This document shows positions 56,288-64,000 of a stretch of 64,000 bases of DNA, one piece after another. Source of the DNA: a virus; the IMG/VR virus record IMGVR_UViG_3300028454_000036. One strand, given 5' to 3'. Under the pieces are notes generated by a model, which had not been told where the DNA came from, made no database searches, and saw only the letters and a list, made by a program, of their open reading frames with translations. The position numbers and the translations under genes are program-made. The first letter of the stretch is position 1. Every line of letters begins with the position of its first letter.

Positions 56288-57340
56288 ATGAAACGAGTTG
56301 TATTAGCTACGAGCGGCACTTGTGACGACATGCTCAAAGCATTCCGCAAGGCATTAGCTCGAAAAGGAGTAGATAGTGCAACTAGCGTAGATATGCTAGA
56401 TGCATTCAATGAGAAGATTGATGAATTAGAAGATACAAGTTCTTCCGTACAAGCTTCTTCGGGTGTTTATAAGGATACACAGGGCCAGTTAGGTGAAGTA
56501 GGTGCTGTCTGGACTGAGCAGGAACTTCGTAATTACTGGAAGAACAATCATGCATCTGATCCAGTCCTTGAGAATTATGAAGATGGAGACGCATGGCTCA
56601 AAGAAACACTTTCATACATGGAAGAAGTCAATTCTTGCGATACTGTCAACGCTGCTATCGATATGCAGGATGAGCACTATGGAGCTGAATTAGTTTTCGA
56701 CTTGATTGAGCCCAAGGTAGATCGACTAACTGACCAGATTGAAGCTGACGCTGATAAGTACGCAGACAAGATCCGTGAGTGGGATGAAACTTACGACTTA
56801 GATGGAATCGGTCACGTAGATATGTCATTCCCTCTGTTTGTCAAGTATGGCCTTCGCCCAGATGTAGACTATGTAGGCGAGCCTCCGTATTCCGTATATG
56901 TCATTGACTCTAAATTGCCAGCATGGAAAGAGGTTATCAAGGAGTTAGGTATTCCTGGATCCATCGAGCGATTCAATCAGAGCTATCCTGAAGAGGAAGA
57001 AGCAGCTCATGCGATGCCTAACACATTAGATGTAGACTCAGCAACAGACATCATGTGCGATGACAATGCAAACACATTCATGCTGATGTCATATGACGGA
57101 GGCGATCCAGAATCCGGAATGGAAGCAGATAGATTCGATTGCAACGGCAAGTTCCATGCAGATTCCTTAGACGATGCTAATGCACAGCTTGATGAAGCTC
57201 GTGCAGCAGGGCGCTTAGACGATTCCGACTACGTAACGGAGTATAACAGCTACTTCGATGATGGAGAAGCAACTTTCGACACACTGAACGATTTGTTAGA
57301 TAGTTTCGTTGTTGAATATGGCGATGACCTGATGTATTAG
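56288..57340 (+). CDS. leader-family acidic multidomain protein (MKRVVLAT)
   Basis: leader plus internal VDSA, VQAS, VNSC, VNAA and VDSA motifs. Confidence 0.8.
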   Translation: MKRVVLATSGTCDDMLKAFRKALARKGVDSATSVDMLDAFNEKIDELEDTSSSVQASSGVYKDTQGQLGEVGAVWTEQELRNYWKNNHASDPVLENYEDGDAWLKETLSYMEEVNSCDTVNAAIDMQDEHYGAELVFDLIEPKVDRLTDQIEADADKYADKIREWDETYDLDGIGHVDMSFPLFVKYGLRPDVDYVGEPPYSVYVIDSKLPAWKEVIKELGIPGSIERFNQSYPEEEEAAHAMPNTLDVDSATDIMCDDNANTFMLMSYDGGDPESGMEADRFDCNGKFHADSLDDANAQLDEARAAGRLDDSDYVTEYNSYFDDGEATFDTLNDLLDSFVVEYGDDLMY

Positions 57341-57372
57341 TTACTAACCTCATCTTTCTTATATTTCTTACC

Positions 57373-57401
57373 AGGAGCATCCTAGCGATGCTCCTATTTT
57401 T
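57373..57401 (+). terminator. intrinsic terminator
   Basis: AGGAGCATC/GATGCTCCT stem followed by ATTTTT. Confidence 0.8.
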
Positions 57402-57415
57402 GTGTATAATTGCGA

Positions 57416-57425
57416 ACCTTAAATA
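57416..57425 (+). promoter_or_regulatory. ACCTT-AAA-TA motif
   Basis: after a terminator, before fibre-like genes. Confidence 0.6.
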
Positions 57426-57445
57426 TCAGTAGGAGAATTCAAATT

Positions 57446-57673
57446 ATGGACAATAACATTTCGCTAAGTATACCAAATTCAACATGTTGTCTACGTCCGG
57501 GACAGGTTGTTCGGTTAGGCAGATTCAGCACTGACAGCTGGACTGTTGGATACGGGTGGTATTCATTCGCAGGTAATCGACCAGTATGCGGATGGTATCT
57601 CACTCATAGCAACGGAATCGACGTCAAGCCGCTTCAGCTACCCGATTTAGATGACATATATTTCATTAAGTAG
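57446..57673 (+). CDS. small structural-type protein, paralog of the N-terminus of 57682
   Basis: VRL.RF..W.V.YG.Y..G..GWY shared with the next gene. Confidence 0.7.
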   Translation: MDNNISLSIPNSTCCLRPGQVVRLGRFSTDSWTVGYGWYSFAGNRPVCGWYLTHSNGIDVKPLQLPDLDDIYFIK

Positions 57674-57681
57674 GTGCGAAC

Positions 57682-59088
57682 ATGAGTACAGAATACATAA
57701 TTGTGCCTGGCACACAGACTAAGATCTTTGAAAATAGTATTGTTGTGTTGTATCGCTTGCCTAAGGTGAAGTGGATTGTCAAGCTCGGTAACTACGAATA
57801 TAACGGAAAGCGAAGAAAGGGTTGGTACTTCTCTTCACTGCCATCAGGCACTACCATGCCTGTATTCACAGAGGATTTAGTAGCTCTCCGAGTAGTAGAT
57901 GGGCCTACTCCTAGACCGTTCCCTCCGGGACCGTGTCCGCCGGGTCCGCCAACTCCACCAGCTCCACTTCCTGTCATCTTCACTCCTGAAGATAAGGAGA
58001 TGATTGCTAGATCAACAATCACAGTAGATGACTTAGAAGCTAGAGATAAGCTCGCCGATAGTAATACTATTGACGGAAAGGTAGTCCGTGTCAACGACAT
58101 TGACGGTCAGGGAACTGTAGAATATTATCAATGGGATAGCACCAATTCTACTTGGGTTCCGGCTACCTTAGGATTCAGATATATGACGCGCGATGAAATC
58201 AAGCAGGAGCTTGATACTTGCGTAGTAGATATTGTATGGTCAGATAGCAAGGAAGCATTAGTTGTCACTCGCTATGATGGCACAGACGGAGAGGTACAGC
58301 TCGCAGGAGTAGTACACGATCCAATATACAACGTAGAGGACTTAACATTACGTCTTCCTATATATGGAAGAGAGGATTTTGTAGTTGTTCTTCCTAACGG
58401 CGAATCTGTAGTAGGTGTCCGCTATGAAGAGAATTATGAAAGACCTGACGGTACATGGGGTCCTTCTCTCGTGCTTACTGTATCAGATGGTAAGCGGACC
58501 CATGAGATTGTAGGCAACGCAGATGGATTAGTCGATGTATACACTGGTGGAACTACTGATACCATTCGTGTAAATGTATCTTCTGACCACTGCGAGATAA
58601 CAGCAGATGTGCAGATCGCAGAAATAGAGAACAACGCAATTCAAGTTGATTCGACAGGTCTGTATGTAGATATTCACAACAAAGTAGATAAAGCAGAAAT
58701 CACAGAAGGCTACATTTTAGTAGCTAATGGAGATGGAGGCTTTACTTACGGAGGAACCGGAGTTGCTCTTTATCAGTCCGGTGTCCTTCATGATATAGGG
58801 GATTCAGGAGTAGTTACTGCTAACGTCATTGAAGCAGCTATTGTAGCAGCTATCCAGGCGAGTGAGCAGAGAATCCAGAATGCTTTAGACGCGATAAATA
58901 ACAGACTAGATGATGTAGAAGCAAGAATTGTAGGTGACGGCCCGACTGACAAACTTATTACATCCACCTCAACTGGTGTACAACGTTCTGAATTCACCAT
59001 AGGCGGTGATACTTTATCCAGCGAAAGCATCAATGCAGTAGCTACTGAGAGTGCTGTCAAAGATGCAATCGCATGGAAGGGTATATAA
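57682..59088 (+). CDS. virion appendage/fibre-like protein
   Basis: Pro-rich hinge, beta-rich repeats, short coiled coil; C-terminal AIAW. Confidence 0.55.
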   Translation: MSTEYIIVPGTQTKIFENSIVVLYRLPKVKWIVKLGNYEYNGKRRKGWYFSSLPSGTTMPVFTEDLVALRVVDGPTPRPFPPGPCPPGPPTPPAPLPVIFTPEDKEMIARSTITVDDLEARDKLADSNTIDGKVVRVNDIDGQGTVEYYQWDSTNSTWVPATLGFRYMTRDEIKQELDTCVVDIVWSDSKEALVVTRYDGTDGEVQLAGVVHDPIYNVEDLTLRLPIYGREDFVVVLPNGESVVGVRYEENYERPDGTWGPSLVLTVSDGKRTHEIVGNADGLVDVYTGGTTDTIRVNVSSDHCEITADVQIAEIENNAIQVDSTGLYVDIHNKVDKAEITEGYILVANGDGGFTYGGTGVALYQSGVLHDIGDSGVVTANVIEAAIVAAIQASEQRIQNALDAINNRLDDVEARIVGDGPTDKLITSTSTGVQRSEFTIGGDTLSSESINAVATESAVKDAIAWKGI

Positions 59089-59119
59089 ACAATGTAAACT
59101 TCTATGAGGAGGAAACACT

Positions 59120-60103
59120 ATGTCAGCAGTAATTTTCGCAAAAGGCGTGCTTGCTAACTACACAAGCCTCGCCACCAAAAGTGAGGATACTCTTTACTTT
59201 ACTACAGACACCCATCAGATTTTCATGGGTAGCGAAGAGTACACAAAGAGTACCAAGACACTCAACGCAGAGCCTACCAGCTCTACCGCAGGCGATATCG
59301 GTCGCTTGTATGCTTACAACGGCAACTTGTACCTGTGCTCAGCTGTAAGCGGGAACGAATACACCTGGATCCGTGTAGCTAACGTCAACGACGTTGTAGG
59401 AGTTACATACTCCATCAGCTCTACTGACGAGGGTCAGGTAACCTTGACTCCAAGTATCGGAAACGCAGAGACCATCACCATCGATGGATGGAGTGACTTG
59501 GCTAAGAAGTCCGATATCACAGCAGTCCTTCGATTCAAGGGCGTTGTAGCTACTGTATCTGCTCTTCCTGCAGAGGCAGAAGTAGGTGATACTTACGTTG
59601 TATCTCAGGACAACAGTGAGTATACTTGCATCACCGCTTCTACTGCATCAGCTGACGCTGTATACGAGAAGTTAGGTCCGGTTATCGACTTATCCGCTTA
59701 CGCATTGTCAGCAGACGTAATCCAGAGAGTAACTGGAGAAGACGGCGAAGTTCCTAAGTTCAAGGCAGATGGTACTCTTGAGTCCACAGGCTTCACACTT
59801 GGCTGCTCTGTTCCGGCAGACGCTGAGTTCACTGATACCACATACGAGCTGGCTACTGCTTCTGCAGACGGCTTGATGAGCTCTTCTGATTTCAGCAAGT
59901 TAGCTGGTATCGAAGCAGGTGCTCAGGTCAACACCGTAACAGGTATCAAGGGAGATGCTGAGACTGATTACCGCGACGGTAACGTAAACATCACAGCAGC
60001 TAACTTAGGTATCACAATGCCAGTAGCAGACATCAATGCTATCAGCACTACTTATGCAACTAAGCAGGAACTGACCGCAGCAACCGCTTGGACCACATTC
60101 TAA
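59120..60103 (+). CDS. fibre/decoration-like protein
   Basis: DTLYFTTD, FKGVVAT..LP..GDTY, DGLMSSSD.SKLAGIEAGAQVN motifs common in phage fibres. Confidence 0.65.
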   Translation: MSAVIFAKGVLANYTSLATKSEDTLYFTTDTHQIFMGSEEYTKSTKTLNAEPTSSTAGDIGRLYAYNGNLYLCSAVSGNEYTWIRVANVNDVVGVTYSISSTDEGQVTLTPSIGNAETITIDGWSDLAKKSDITAVLRFKGVVATVSALPAEAEVGDTYVVSQDNSEYTCITASTASADAVYEKLGPVIDLSAYALSADVIQRVTGEDGEVPKFKADGTLESTGFTLGCSVPADAEFTDTTYELATASADGLMSSSDFSKLAGIEAGAQVNTVTGIKGDAETDYRDGNVNITAANLGITMPVADINAISTTYATKQELTAATAWTTF

Positions 60104-60140
60104 GAAGTCCGGTTCCATTGAATTCTCTCATTAGCGAAAC

Positions 60141-60172
60141 AAGACAAGGGGCCTTTCGGCTCCTTGTTTTAT
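60141..60172 (+). terminator. intrinsic terminator
   Basis: ACAAGGGGCC-TTTC-GGCTCCTTGT followed by TTT. Confidence 0.8.
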
Positions 60173-60175
60173 GTC

Positions 60176-60185
60176 ACCTTTTATA
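60176..60185 (+). promoter_or_regulatory. ACCTT-TTA-TA motif
   Basis: directly after a terminator. Confidence 0.6.
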
Positions 60186-60206
60186 GAGATACAGGAGGGC
60201 AACACA

Positions 60207-60587
60207 ATGGATGTCAAATTTACTACAACAACTAAAGCTAAATTGGATTCATTGCCGATAACTAACGGACAGTTAATCTATCTAAGTGATTCTGATGAAT
60301 GCTATTATGATATGAGCGGATCACGTCATCCTATGTCTGGTGTATGGCTCGGAACTACACTTCCGGCTTCAGATACAGGTGCAGTTATCTACATCGTTAT
60401 AACTAGTGATCTGAGAGCTATCTTATACGTCTGGGACGACACTGAAGCAGAATTCGTACAAGTAACATCTGGAATGGATTTTCAAGTATTAACAGCTGCT
60501 CAGTATAAGGCACTTCCAGCATCAGCAAAGACAGCTGATCATACATATTTCATTAAAGATGCCAACTCCCCATCGGACTTGACATAA
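60207..60587 (+). CDS. small fibre-associated protein
   Basis: LPITNGQLIY..D; LTAAQY.AL..K..TYFI motifs. Confidence 0.65.
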   Translation: MDVKFTTTTKAKLDSLPITNGQLIYLSDSDECYYDMSGSRHPMSGVWLGTTLPASDTGAVIYIVITSDLRAILYVWDDTEAEFVQVTSGMDFQVLTAAQYKALPASAKTADHTYFIKDANSPSDLT

Positions 60588-60603
60588 ATCTCTCGTATAG
60601 ATC

Positions 60604-60640
60604 TAGTGCGTATTCTCTCGTCCAGATACGCACTATTTCT
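60604..60640 (+). terminator. intrinsic terminator
   Basis: TAGTGCGTAT/ATACGCACTA stem followed by TTTCT. Confidence 0.7.
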
Positions 60641-60649
60641 ATGTTATAA

Positions 60650-60669
60650 AATCGTTATGATAATCGTTA
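60650..60669 (+). promoter_or_regulatory. tandem AATCGTTA motifs
   Basis: two copies (60650 and 60662) before primase. Confidence 0.65.
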
Positions 60670-60690
60670 AAACACCGGAGGGAATAGCAC

Positions 60691-61692
60691 ATGCAAGTAG
60701 ATATGCTAGACGTCATTGATAAATTAGAGGCAGCAGGGCTAATCCGACCTGCGAAGCAGTCAGGGGATTGGTACACAATTTACTGCCCGTTTCATAGTGA
60801 CGGAAATGAGAAGAAACCGTCATGTGGAATTCTACTTCATGACCAGTATAAGAACGGACAGCTGTATCCTGCCGGATTTCTTCACTGCTTTTCGTGCGGG
60901 GCTTCATATACATTGCCAGTTGGCATATCAAAAATCCTGGAAAGGAAGAACATGTCCGGAGAAGGACTCAAGTGGCTAGAGGAAAACATTCCAGGCTTCA
61001 AACCAGATCCAGATGCAGTTCAATCACTTATACCAGATGAGCTTATGGGTCAGGCCATGACTCGATTTATGGCAGAGCATGTTCGTGCTAGATTGTCTGC
61101 GAAACCGGCGTATATTACTGAGAATGAATTAGCATCATATAGGTATACAGTTCCTTACATGTACGAAAGAAAACTTACAGATGAAGTGATCGCAAGGTAT
61201 GATGTAGGGTTTGATGCACATCATGTCCCACCGGGACGAAAGAAAGAGCTACCCTGCATCACATTCCCTGTAAGAGACCAGCAGGGGAATACATTGTTCT
61301 TCTGTAGACGGTCCATCGAGGGCAAGTACTTCAACTACCCTACAAACGTAACTAAACCAGTATACGGCTTGTTTGAATTGCCTAAAAATGCTACATCTGT
61401 TATCATATGTGAGTCTGTTATCAACTGTCTTACATGTGTGACGTATGGATACAACGCAGTTGCATTGCTAGGCACAGGAACGCCTTATCAGATAGACCAG
61501 CTACGACATTTAGGTGCTAAGGAGTTTATCATCTGCTTAGATGGTGACGAAGCAGGAAGGCGTGGAACAGCCAAGCTAAAGAAAGCCCTTTCATCTGTAG
61601 CCTTTGTATGGGTCATGCATGTCCCTGAAGGCGAAGATGTCAATAGCTGCACTTATGAGCAGTTTCAAGAAGCATACATCAATAAGGAGTAG
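60691..61692 (+). CDS. dnaG: DNA primase (CHC2 zinc finger + TOPRIM)
   Basis: CPFH..E..PS..HCFSCG; ICES; LDGDEAG; EDVN. Confidence 0.88.
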   Translation: MQVDMLDVIDKLEAAGLIRPAKQSGDWYTIYCPFHSDGNEKKPSCGILLHDQYKNGQLYPAGFLHCFSCGASYTLPVGISKILERKNMSGEGLKWLEENIPGFKPDPDAVQSLIPDELMGQAMTRFMAEHVRARLSAKPAYITENELASYRYTVPYMYERKLTDEVIARYDVGFDAHHVPPGRKKELPCITFPVRDQQGNTLFFCRRSIEGKYFNYPTNVTKPVYGLFELPKNATSVIICESVINCLTCVTYGYNAVALLGTGTPYQIDQLRHLGAKEFIICLDGDEAGRRGTAKLKKALSSVAFVWVMHVPEGEDVNSCTYEQFQEAYINKE

Positions 61693-61696
61693 ATAG

Positions 61697-61966
61697 ATGA
61701 AAAAAGATGATTTGTTTTTCGTATGGGTATTGTGCTTGATAGCAGCTGCTGCACTTACCATCTTCGTAGTGATAGCTGCATTTCCAAATCCATCAAACGA
61801 ACCTGAGCATGCAGTTGTCATTGGAACTGAAGACAACGCTGTTGAAATTCAGCTAGATAGCGGGTCTAGAGTATTTGTTTTGAACTACGGAGATGATTCT
61901 CTACAGTATGGAGATGATATCACAGTCCAGTTAATTGATGGGTACTATGAAATAGTAGAGGAGTAG
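61697..61966 (+). CDS. small membrane-anchored protein
   Basis: N-terminal TM segment. Confidence 0.7.
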   Translation: MKKDDLFFVWVLCLIAAAALTIFVVIAAFPNPSNEPEHAVVIGTEDNAVEIQLDSGSRVFVLNYGDDSLQYGDDITVQLIDGYYEIVEE

Positions 61967-61970
61967 ATAA

Positions 61971-62129
61971 ATGATAACAACGATAGGCTGTACATGGTTG
62001 GAATTGATTGATATGCTGCCTAAGTTATCCGGCGGTTCAATAATAACTATTCATGAAGCAGGTGTTAATGAGTCTACATGGATAGTGCAGAACGGAGCAT
62101 TGGAACGACTTGCAGTAATTGAATGGTGA
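61971..62129 (+). CDS. small hypothetical protein (52 aa)
   Basis: GAGGAG RBS; fills the gap. Confidence 0.5.
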   Translation: MITTIGCTWLELIDMLPKLSGGSIITIHEAGVNESTWIVQNGALERLAVIEW

Positions 62130-62362
62130 TGACGATGAAGTGTATGGAATGTCCTGCGGCTTGTGAACGCCGCTATGCAGAATCGAATGAAATAGACTTC
62201 GACTGCCTTGCAGGTGTAGATGAAGACGACATCCTCGATGACGAAGATGGATGTTATGGATGCGATCTAACTGAAGAAGAAGCTCAGCAAGCTGCAGATC
62301 GTTATGAACAATATCTAGAGAGCTACTGGGAAGGATTCGTCAAGTGGCTAGAGGAGGAATAA
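62123..62362 (+). CDS. acidic Cys-containing hypothetical protein
   Basis: CxxC..C..C..CxxC. Confidence 0.65.
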   Translation: MVMTMKCMECPAACERRYAESNEIDFDCLAGVDEDDILDDEDGCYGCDLTEEEAQQAADRYEQYLESYWEGFVKWLEEE

Positions 62363-62369
62363 CGAAAGA

Positions 62370-62534
62370 ATGATACCAAAATGTCAAAGCGTATCGGCTA
62401 TGATCAGCCATGATAGCAGATCCTCATACAGCAATCATAAGCAGAAGAGTAGCGAAGGATTCCAGGAGATATTAGATAAGGAGGACAAGAGATTACATGA
62501 GCAGCGTATGGAATGTCAAGAATCAAAACCGTGA
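62370..62534 (+). CDS. small hypothetical protein (54 aa)
   Basis: GGAGG upstream; fills the gap. Confidence 0.4.
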   Translation: MIPKCQSVSAMISHDSRSSYSNHKQKSSEGFQEILDKEDKRLHEQRMECQESKP

Positions 62535-62757
62535 AAAGGCCATGTCATTTATCCATGCAATATTGCATCCTACAGGAGACGACGATTTTCAACAGAAGAA
62601 ATGTCTTTATCGAGATCAAGCGCTTGCTGACATGGAAAAGTTGGATCAGATATATCAAGCAGTTAATGAATGGCAGAACACTCCATGGCCTTGGTCACAG
62701 GCAGCTACGTCTACTTTGATTCATAACATATTGGAGGTACTGGGAGATGAAGCGTAA
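62497..62757 (+). CDS. hypothetical protein
   Basis: AAGGAGG RBS. Confidence 0.65.
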   Translation: MSSVWNVKNQNREKAMSFIHAILHPTGDDDFQQKKCLYRDQALADMEKLDQIYQAVNEWQNTPWPWSQAATSTLIHNILEVLGDEA

Positions 62758-62986
62758 GTGTTCTGGTTGCAAAGCATTCGGTAGTCCTAGCCCTAGTCAT
62801 GGGCGATGTCTGCTAGGATATAAGATAGAGCCTGTCCGCGCTGGATTTTACGGCTTGATAGTAAGTTATCGTCCAGTAGAAGAATGCCCGAAGCCGAAAA
62901 CCAATAAAGAGTTTGTTGTATGTGTAAATGAGCAGCTAGAAAGGATATCAAACAATGGATCTACAGACAACAAAGGAACTAATTAA
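62747..62986 (+). CDS. small Cys-rich protein
   Basis: CSGCKA..CLLGY..CPKP. Confidence 0.65.
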   Translation: MKRKCSGCKAFGSPSPSHGRCLLGYKIEPVRAGFYGLIVSYRPVEECPKPKTNKEFVVCVNEQLERISNNGSTDNKGTN

Positions 62987-63206
62987 GAGGATTCTAGTAG
63001 AAGATTACATAAATAAGGCTACTAGATTCCAGTATAACACATCGGTTCAGGAGCGATTAGCCGCTATGAACAAGGGATTGACTCGTGCATGCAGTACTGT
63101 AATAATGTCAGCTACTAACAACGAGGATGAGCAGAATGAGTTAGCTGACTACGCAAGATCAGTCATCAATGGAATTGAAGAAGTAGGTCTGCAAGAGACT
63201 GAATAA
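62955..63206 (+). CDS. hypothetical protein
   Basis: AAGGA RBS. Confidence 0.65.
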   Translation: MDLQTTKELIKRILVEDYINKATRFQYNTSVQERLAAMNKGLTRACSTVIMSATNNEDEQNELADYARSVINGIEEVGLQETE

Positions 63207-63225
63207 TATTATCGTAGGAGTAACA

Positions 63226-63630
63226 ATGGCAAGAATCAGTAAAGAAGAACAAGCAAGACGTGACGGAATGCAGTGGGCACTTCGCATTGCAGAGAAGGGA
63301 GGCCTAGACGCACTCCGTCATGAGTGTGAAATAAGAGGAATACATGAAGAAATTCCTGTAGGAGTAAGCCAGAAAGAGCTTCAAGCCCTTTCGGAAAATG
63401 TAGAGAGATGCGCAGTAGACTGCACACTTGTGATGACACTACACACACTCATAGACGAATTTGATTTCACAGAAGAGATGTGCAATCGATTCAAGGAACG
63501 CTATAACTCAAAGACAGAATGTCTGTTATCAGATTATACAACGTGGAGTGATATAATCGTTACCTTAAGCGAAGACATCAACATGAAGCTCGAAATCAGA
63601 AAACGCGAGCCGATTCAGCTGGAAGGATAA
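63226..63630 (+). CDS. conserved-type phage hypothetical protein
   Basis: AGGAG RBS, 134 aa. Confidence 0.75.
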   Translation: MARISKEEQARRDGMQWALRIAEKGGLDALRHECEIRGIHEEIPVGVSQKELQALSENVERCAVDCTLVMTLHTLIDEFDFTEEMCNRFKERYNSKTECLLSDYTTWSDIIVTLSEDINMKLEIRKREPIQLEG

Positions 63631-63637
63631 GGATAAC

Positions 63638-63835
63638 ATGGCAACAAAGCGATACATTACACTCAATGATTTAGCAACCATCATCAATTCATACAATCAA
63701 AGCGAAGTGCAAAGAAACTCCGAGATTGTCGGAATAGGTCTTAGCCCTATGCGACACACAGATGGGTGGATGATATCGACTACGTCAGCTAATATCTTTA
63801 TCCCGTTTCAAATGAGGGTCGATGATGAAAAGTAA
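63638..63835 (+). CDS. hypothetical protein
   Basis: AAGGA RBS. Confidence 0.6.
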   Translation: MATKRYITLNDLATIINSYNQSEVQRNSEIVGIGLSPMRHTDGWMISTTSANIFIPFQMRVDDEK

Positions 63836-64000
63836 ATTGATCAAGCGAATTGAATGTAGTGTAGAAACACCTGATATGTATTCAATGATTGGGGTATGGG
63901 GATTCTCATATGAGCACATCAGACGCAAGCTAGACCGTCTAGAGAAGTATGGAGTGTACGTAGACGGCGTAGTTCCGATGCGTGAAGTAGATAGATTCTC
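63822..64000 (+). CDS. partial hypothetical protein (runs off the window)
   Basis: open frame from ATG 63822 to the window end; GAGGG RBS. Confidence 0.5.
   Translation, partial: MMKSKLIKRIECSVETPDMYSMIGVWGFSYEHIRRKLDRLEKYGVYVDGVVPMREVDRF

Noticed and set aside
57446..60587. Diversity-generating retroelement acting on the fibre genes
   Set aside because: No reverse transcriptase and no TR/VR repeat pair was noticed in the window.
1..64000. Stop-codon reassignment (alternative genetic code)
   Set aside because: Conserved genes are full length in code 11, and TAA, TAG and TGA all end genes right before the next RBS.
1..64000. tRNA or rRNA genes
   Set aside because: Intergenic gaps are short and explained by terminators and promoter motifs; no cloverleaf or T-loop signature was noticed.

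Overview
The window is a 64-kb piece of a large tailed-phage genome. It looks like a contractile-tailed phage with a T4-like head, and the host is probably a Bacillota member (strong GGAGG RBSs, peptidoglycan hydrolases). Essentially all genes are on the + strand and read in standard code 11. Gene order: (1) 0.3-11.2 kb, replication/recombination/DNA modification: beta clamp, Cas4-like nuclease, intein-split DnaX, RecA, Holliday resolvase, delta/delta'-like clamp-loader subunits, a NUMOD4-HNH endonuclease and a DpdA/TGT-fold enzyme. (2) 11.6-21.4 kb, an array of small, mostly acidic, mutually unrelated proteins sharing an N-terminal MKRVIKAS-type leader. (3) 21.5-25.8 kb, small hypothetical genes and a Mor-like regulator. 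(4) 25.9-44.4 kb, tape measure, baseplate and lysin genes. (5) 45-47.8 kb, prohead protease/scaffold and major capsid protein, followed by a free-standing endonuclease. (6) 50-64 kb, small early-type genes, an SNF2 helicase, a second leader-protein cluster, fibre-like proteins and primase. Most notable observations: (a) About 20 proteins carry a shared basic leader ending in [VI]-x-[AS]-[SA]. The same motif recurs in the capsid-protein N-terminus and the protease/scaffold, suggesting a large capsid-targeted, protease-matured cargo system. (b) The DnaX intein has no recognisable in-frame endonuclease but fully nests a 332-codon Zn-ribbon/DUF559-type nuclease gene in the +1 frame. (c) Two phage-specific promoter-like motifs (AATCGTTA and ACCTT-NWA-TA) separate non-structural from structural genes. 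All family assignments come from motif recognition by eye; no searches were run.
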